Positions 57,799 to 64,000 of a stretch of DNA of 64,000 nucleotides are shown in pieces. Source of the DNA: Eukaryota sp. TZLM1-RC (lineage: Eukaryota > Protista > Metamonada: BaSk clade); the NCBI GenBank assembly GCA_040285825.1, contig JAUPSS010000002.1:2046001-2110000 (forward strand). Reading direction: 5' to 3'. Made by a program: the position numbers and the translations under genes. Numbering within the stretch: the first letter of the stretch is position 1; every line of letters begins with the position of its first letter. Under the pieces are notes generated by a model. That model worked only from the letters and a program-made list of their open reading frames with translations. It made no database searches and was not told the origin of the DNA.

Positions 57799-57868
57799 TC
57801 TTAGAGATACTGTCTAAAACAAGGGAATAAGTGTCCTTTGCAATCCAAGATGTGAAGGGGATCAGTTA
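57799..57868 (-). promoter_or_regulatory. Fanzor-D right-end leader flush with the NICN1 ATG
   Basis: taactgatccccttcacatc..aaaggacacttattcccttgttttagac-agtatctctaaga-ATG; 13-nt spacing; preceded by a K-rich tail ending in TAA. Confidence 0.8.
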
Positions 57869-58483
57869 TTTTGATTTCTTGGTTTTGATTTAGTTTTTCA
57901 TAATCCTTATCCCCCTTTTCTATGGCTTCCTTTTTTGACCTATCTGGTTTTGAAAACAGGGATATTCAAGACTCAGATGTTGATTCATTCATACCCGACC
58001 TTGACACTGTTTCTGAAAGTGCTGCCCAAATCTTATCTCGTCCCCTTCCAACCAACATAGAGAGATGCAGCTATTAGCAACCGTTCCTCTTACTGAAACT
58101 TCAAAAGGAAATGATTCAACCAAAACAATCTAAATTTAACAATTCAAGACTATTATATTTCGTACTTTTAATTTAAGACTATTATCTAAATATTTTTCCA
58201 TTGGTAATTTCAACTCACAAATCAAGATTGTCTTCATTCTTTTTCTTCTGTTTTTTGTGATAACAATTACATCAAGTTTTAACTCAGTCACAACCCAAGG
58301 AAAAATTCTTTTGGAAAGTAAAGGAAAAGGTATATTGTGTTTTTCGGGGATTTGATTACGTGGACAACTCCATATAATGGGACGCAACGTTGCAGGTCCA
58401 GTTTGACATACTGAACAGACATGAGATAAAAGTTTAGATCTATTGGGAATTTTCCGACAAATTTTCCATCGATAAAAGTCATC

Positions 58484-61400
58484 TGTAGGTATCTTACTAG
58501 TGAATACCTAAGTATTTATATAGTATATTTAGATGGACCTGAGAACGTACACCTCCTCCCAGACTGGTTTAGACCAGGTCTATATAAAATTTATAAGTAT
58601 AATAGCACTTCTGGGGAAGATTATACGGTAGTTAGAAAGGTTCACGAGTACTACTTATCAACGTCCAACCCTGATCTCGTTGAGATGAGACCCGCTTCTC
58701 AACCGTTCAGGCTGCTTCTTGTGGAACAAGGAGATACCTTTAAACGAGATTATGCCAATATGAGAACGGCAGTCGTCTCCACCTACAGGTCTCCTCCTAA
58801 CCATCATAACCTACAAATTGGAGACACCTGGGTTTACAACAAAGTTTTGCCTTCACCCCAATCTTAGGAATAGAGAATACGCCTTTTCAAAGTATTAGAC
58901 CTTTCAGGCATCCATCCAATTCGATGTTCAAGAGGAACCAATACCTCTTCAAAAACTCCAAATAGACAAGGTACCGAAGCCTGGTAATCAGGACATTCAT
59001 ATGGAAGTCCTCACCATCCAACTTTCAAATATTACCCCACCACTGGAAGAGTCGACCTCATATCAAACAGGTCCAGGATTGAATAGACAAGACCTAGTAA
59101 CGTCTCGGTCACAAACGTCATTTAATATACATGACCCATTTCAGATACTTGACTTAAATTTACAATCTCACGTTGGATATCATTACAGAACAAAGTTTGT
59201 AAAACATGAAATGATCCATGACCACCCAGACTCGAATTTCCAAAAACTCAAATGAAATGAGTACATTTTCTATTGGAGTTTGCACTCTGGGACACTACAG
59301 GTAGAGGAGGTACAACAAATGTCGATAAAATAGAAATGCCTCAATCGAGTTAAACCAAACAACAAAAACAGATCGCTGACATGGTTAATAGTCTATCTCA
59401 GTTGCTAGCAATTGAGGGAGGCGACACAACTGAGATAAAACAACAGATAGATTCATTACGGTCTCAGCTTGATTCGCTTCAGACACCAAAAATATACAGA
59501 ATAGACCTCAATTTCATTCACAAGATAGGGCCACCAATTCACGCATACGACATGCTCAGGACCATTTTGGCAACGACCAACTTCCTAGAAATTTCGGATT
59601 GCATCAGCGCAAGAACCATATCACTTTGAAAACAACAACAGATTCTTAGCACAGAGCCAACAGACGCAGCAATTTTACTGCTTTTTGTAGAAATAGTCAA
59701 TTCAATTCACTCCATGACGCCCAATTAGCCCTTCACAAACTCCAATTCAATTACCGTAAAATCAATTCAATCGAAGACGCACAAAGGGAATTTGCGATAT
59801 ACATGGAAAACTCTGGGGACATCCTGAGAATGTTTACGTACATAACAGATGTATCATCTAGGATCGAAGATGTAAATTACTCGAGTGGAATGATTTTTTT
59901 GTTGACTCTTTCAATGTCAACAGTGGCTCATGTTTTTTCAACAGACATTAACAACTTACCTTTCACTGAGCCTCTGTTCGACGAATTTTGTAAATACAGT
60001 TATCGAAAGGACACGCTAGTAAGCTTCCTCCAATTAACAAGAAAGGTCAAAAACGACTTGCTGACATAGATAAAAGTCGCTCAGAACAGAGAGACGGTTC
60101 AGCTATTGAGAAGAGCCGCTTCCAGATCCAAAATTAAAACAGGTGATTTCCACACCTAAGCTGGGAAGAAAAAGACCAGCTAGCCCGATTCATCCACCCA
60201 AATTTGAGGAAAGCAAAGCATTACAGAGGAAGCCACAAATTCTGCACTTTTTGCTCAGAAATCAGGCCATGTCATAGCAAAATGTGAAAACCCTGGATGC
60301 ACCAGATCTTTGCTTCCTATCAACCAACCTAGAAGCGTTGGCAACAGTAGAGCCCGAGGTAAACCATTCAGAGATAGTTTCGATACTTTTAAAAATATTC
60401 ATAGAGGCCGTGGTAGAAGCCAAGGTAGATTTAGGTGCCGAGGTGGCGATGGTGCAAAAGGCAAAAAAAATTGTGGATATATCGTCGCACGCTACAGCTC
60501 CCGAATTGAGCCCTATTCATTCAACTGGCGAATCGGTACATACAGCTCAAGCATCCCTTTTGAACCCACTCTTTTTCTGTGATACTAATAAATTGAATAA
60601 ATATTTGAGTTTAAACAGCCTAGAAAGAGATTTATGCAATCGAGCAGATGAATTTGCACCTTGTGTTAACCGCAACAGATCCAAGCAGCCGTAGTTCTTA
60701 GAGCTTCAGGTTAGAATCAACGATACTGTCATAAAAGACATGACAGATACAGCTGCATTTTGTTCAATCATTTTCCTTGACCTAGCAAATAAGTGTTCAA
60801 TGTCCATAAACGAAAACAACATAAGACAATTTATCCCTGCTAGCAATGTATCAACGAATTAGGCAGCGAGTGCACAAGGCATTCTGACGTTCAATGTGGA
60901 CAGCATCGCGAACCAAGTATCAGTAAAACATGCTCTCCCCATCATACCAGGTTCGAACAAATTTTTGATTTGGGTAGACATGTTACAACAACTTGGGCTA
61001 CTGACATCTGACCGTTTAGTTATCTTACCAGACGAAGAATGCTGCACCCTGCTAAATGCTGAAGCAATTTTTGCTAACAGAATTCAACTCACAAAATTTG
61101 TCATGCAGAATCAATTTCTTGCAGTGAAGAGGATTTTAGTCAGCAATTGGGTAAATCTGGATGTGAGATTTATTTAGATGATATTGAGTATAATAAAAGT
61201 GTCTGATATTTTAGCTCAATACAAGGACGTACTCATCGAAAAGCCCAATAAAGATGGAATCAATTGTCCACCAATGACAATCACCTTCTACAATACTGAT
61301 ACAATTGTACACAAACCAGCTGGGGGCCTCAAGCCAAAGAAATTACAAATATTCAATCAGATGTTTGATGAATTGATTGAATTGGCTATGCAATTCAAAC

Positions 61401-63694
61401 AACAAAAAATTAGCAAGAAACGAGTAAATGCTTTAATAAACAAACTTGCTCCAAAACTATCAAAGAAGTACGGTCACTAGTTTGCTCAGTCAATTTCATA
61501 AGAGATTGGCTCCCAAATATTTCACAACTATCAGTACCCATAAATGAGTTAATAAAACACAAACAACGTAGTGTAAGTTGGGAAGTCAAACACCATCAAT
61601 TATTAGATCAAATAAAACAACTTATAATAAATCACATGCCTCTGGAATTACTTTCACCAGACAAACGCATTCTGATTAGCACTGATGCATCTGACATCGC
61701 AGTAGGAGTAGTCATTTGGCAAGAAATCACACCTTATGCACCGCATTAAAAGTTAGAAAAGTAAAACCAATATCCCTCTGTAGTAGGATTTTAACCGATA
61801 CTCAAAAGTGTTGGTCTACTTTACAAAAATAACTATACGCGATGTTAATTATATTAACAGAAAGTCATCTGGAAAGCTTTATCATTGCTAGACAGCTGAC
61901 CACTTTTACGGATCACAGGAATACTACATTCCTTGGTACGGTTCCCGAAAAAAACACAATCGTCAAGAGCTGATTACCTATTTTGTCAGAATTCGACTTC
62001 GATATTGTACATGAAGAAGGAGAAAACCATCACTCGGCTGATATGATGTCAAGAAACATACATACAAATTTAGAAAATGCGGAAATAAAACACATCAATT
62101 ACCCACATGATCCCCTTTGGCACGGTGATATACCACCTTCTGTCGACCATTCTGATTATAAAGATCCAGACCCAATTCAAATTTTCAAATATACAAAGCA
62201 TCCAGATTTACCCATTTTTTCAAATTGGCTCTCAAAAGTTAGATCAGAGCAACAACTAGCCATTAGCAATAATTATCCATTATTTAATAACGCTGCACTA
62301 TGCAAAAACACAGAAATCCGGTTAAATGATAAAAGTAAAATGATTATACCGACCAAACTAAGGAAAAAAACACTTAACCTAATACACGGTTGAACCCAAT
62401 CAGACCACCCTAGTAAAAACGAAAGTCTTCATAAACTATTCAGAAGCGATTTCTACTGGCCAAATATGAGAAAAGATCTCATCAAACATATAGAACGTTG
62501 TCCTACTTGCCAGAAAACAGCACTAGTTAAGCAATCAAAGACTCCCTCAACTGTTTCCAAGTGAACTAACCGCCCCTTCGCAAAATTAAACGTGGATACT
62601 ATTGGCCCCACTCAATAAGAACAACAATGATTCTAAATATTGATTATTTCTTGTCGATCAAATTGATTTGCCAAAAATTGTCAATTATAATATCTAATTC
62701 AATTTTTTATCATTCTGAAAGTAATGAATTGCTCGAAAGAAAACATCGAGATGTGATACAATGTATAGGAAATTTTTGAAAGACTACAACGACTATGATG
62801 CATGGTGTCACATATCTACCATTAACTCAACTATTTATTCATAAAACCAAAAGCAGAATAACAAATCACACTCCATATGAATTGATGTTTGGGTCATCTA
62901 TCAGCCCATGATCAGATCCTGCTAACATAATAGGAGGTATTTTCGATTTCGAATCCAATGTGCTACTTTTGCAAGACCTCAAATTGAAGAATGATAGTCT
63001 CCAAAAGAAATTGGAAGAAGCAAAGCATCACCAATTATTAAACAGACCCAGTCATACGAAAAACACAGATAAAAACACATTTAATATTGCTGACTATGTT
63101 CTTCGAAAGACTAAACAACCTTATAAATTACATGGATTTTGGTTAGGCCCATATTTGGTTTCAGAAAACGCTTCCACCTCCACATTATTAATAAACAACC
63201 TGACGACTGCTGAACAAACAAAAATATCTAGGAGGGACTGTAAAATTCATAACGCTGACGATCCTAACGATGTTGATCTACTTAGGGCAATCGCAGCTAC
63301 TAATTCAGGTGAACATGTCATCGAGGAAATCCTTGACGAGTATAATACTGCTCAAGGATCCTTCTGTACTGTGAGATGATTTGGTGGAGATTCTACTACT
63401 ACGAGGAACCACTCCATTCTTTCAGATACTCAGAAGGGTATCAACGATTTAATAATAAACGATTTAATAAGAAACCTATTGAAAGAAAACGTAAATCTAT
63501 TAAATCCAATAGCGCAGCTCAGGCTCTCTGCGTGCCTCAGCGAAAGCGTTATCCGCAAAGGAAGCGGAAAATCTACTGTACGTAATTTTAATTAAGAAAA
63601 CGGGAGAAGGTAGTGTAAAATCTCACTGGTGAGTACCTAAGTATATATATAGAATAACATTAAATAAAATTATATTTTTTTAATCCGGTTTACA
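58484..63694 (+). mobile_element. Decayed Ty3/gypsy (chromovirus-like) LTR retrotransposon with most of RT deleted
   Basis: LTR start TGTAGGTATCTTACTAGTGAATACCTAAG resembles the 3' LTR 63614-63694 (TGTAA..TTACA) after PPT aagaaaacgggagaagg; CCHC knuckle ~60240; protease DTAA; RNase H TDASD, TDH, ADMMSR; integrase H..H..FYWP..CPTCQ, GPY; chromodomain-like IEEILD. Confidence 0.88.
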
Positions 63695-63921
63695 CCAACA
63701 CCTACTAACATACAGCTAGCATAAAGCCTAACGGCAACAAATTTACAGTACTTTCCTTTTTTCTTTTGCTATTCCAATATCCAAAGCCAATCTCAATATT
63801 GTGTCCATCAGTATTCAATTTAACTTTCAATCTGTTGATCCCGTTGGACTCACATTTTTGTTTATTCATGTATTTGTACAAAGTCTGGCGCCTAACAGAG
63901 GACCTTTGTCAAATGGGATAG

Positions 63922-64000
63922 TGTTGCCTAAAGTCTAATGTGGTTAAAGAAAAGTCAATGAGGAAAAGTTGATTTATTTTCTAATCATATCATATAAGTC
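63922..64000 (-). mobile_element. Partial LTR of the TRIM family (same subtype as 50087-50183), cut by the window edge
   Basis: tgttgcctaaagtc..aagtcaatgaggaaaagttgatttattttctaatcata. Confidence 0.8.

Noticed and set aside
58484-63694. TSD or intact status for the gypsy element
   Set aside because: Flanks catc and ccaa do not match, the LTRs agree only over ~40 bp and the RT core is missing

Overview
AT-rich, gene-dense DNA from a eukaryote, probably an anaerobic flagellated protist (inference). Eight tiny 29-33 nt GT-AG introns were resolved by hand. Host genes are a NEK kinase, a GNPTAB-like Stealth phosphotransferase, bacterial-type ygeW and ssnA (both intron-containing), ALG9-like, Arf-like GTPase, BBS4, a bacterial-type dUTPase, a permuted NlpC/P60-like protein, a nicolin-1 homologue, tRNA-Leu(AAG) and several unknowns. 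They are interleaved with decayed mobile DNA: at least 8 Fanzor/TnpB-like pieces from about 5 families (my labels A-E), CRE-like RLE non-LTR retrotransposon fragments, a 10.6 kb tandem array of a shared-LTR TRIM-like element, a Tc1/pogo-type MITE and a decayed chromoviral Ty3/gypsy element. Main result: a ~67-nt sequence sits flush against the start ATG of five unrelated host genes. Removing a TSD-flanked retroposon at 36208-36793 shows that this sequence is the post-stop right end (expected omegaRNA region) of a Fanzor element. This suggests a Fanzor family that lands at start codons and now forms the 5' leader of host genes. All identifications come from motif recognition by eye; no database searches were run.
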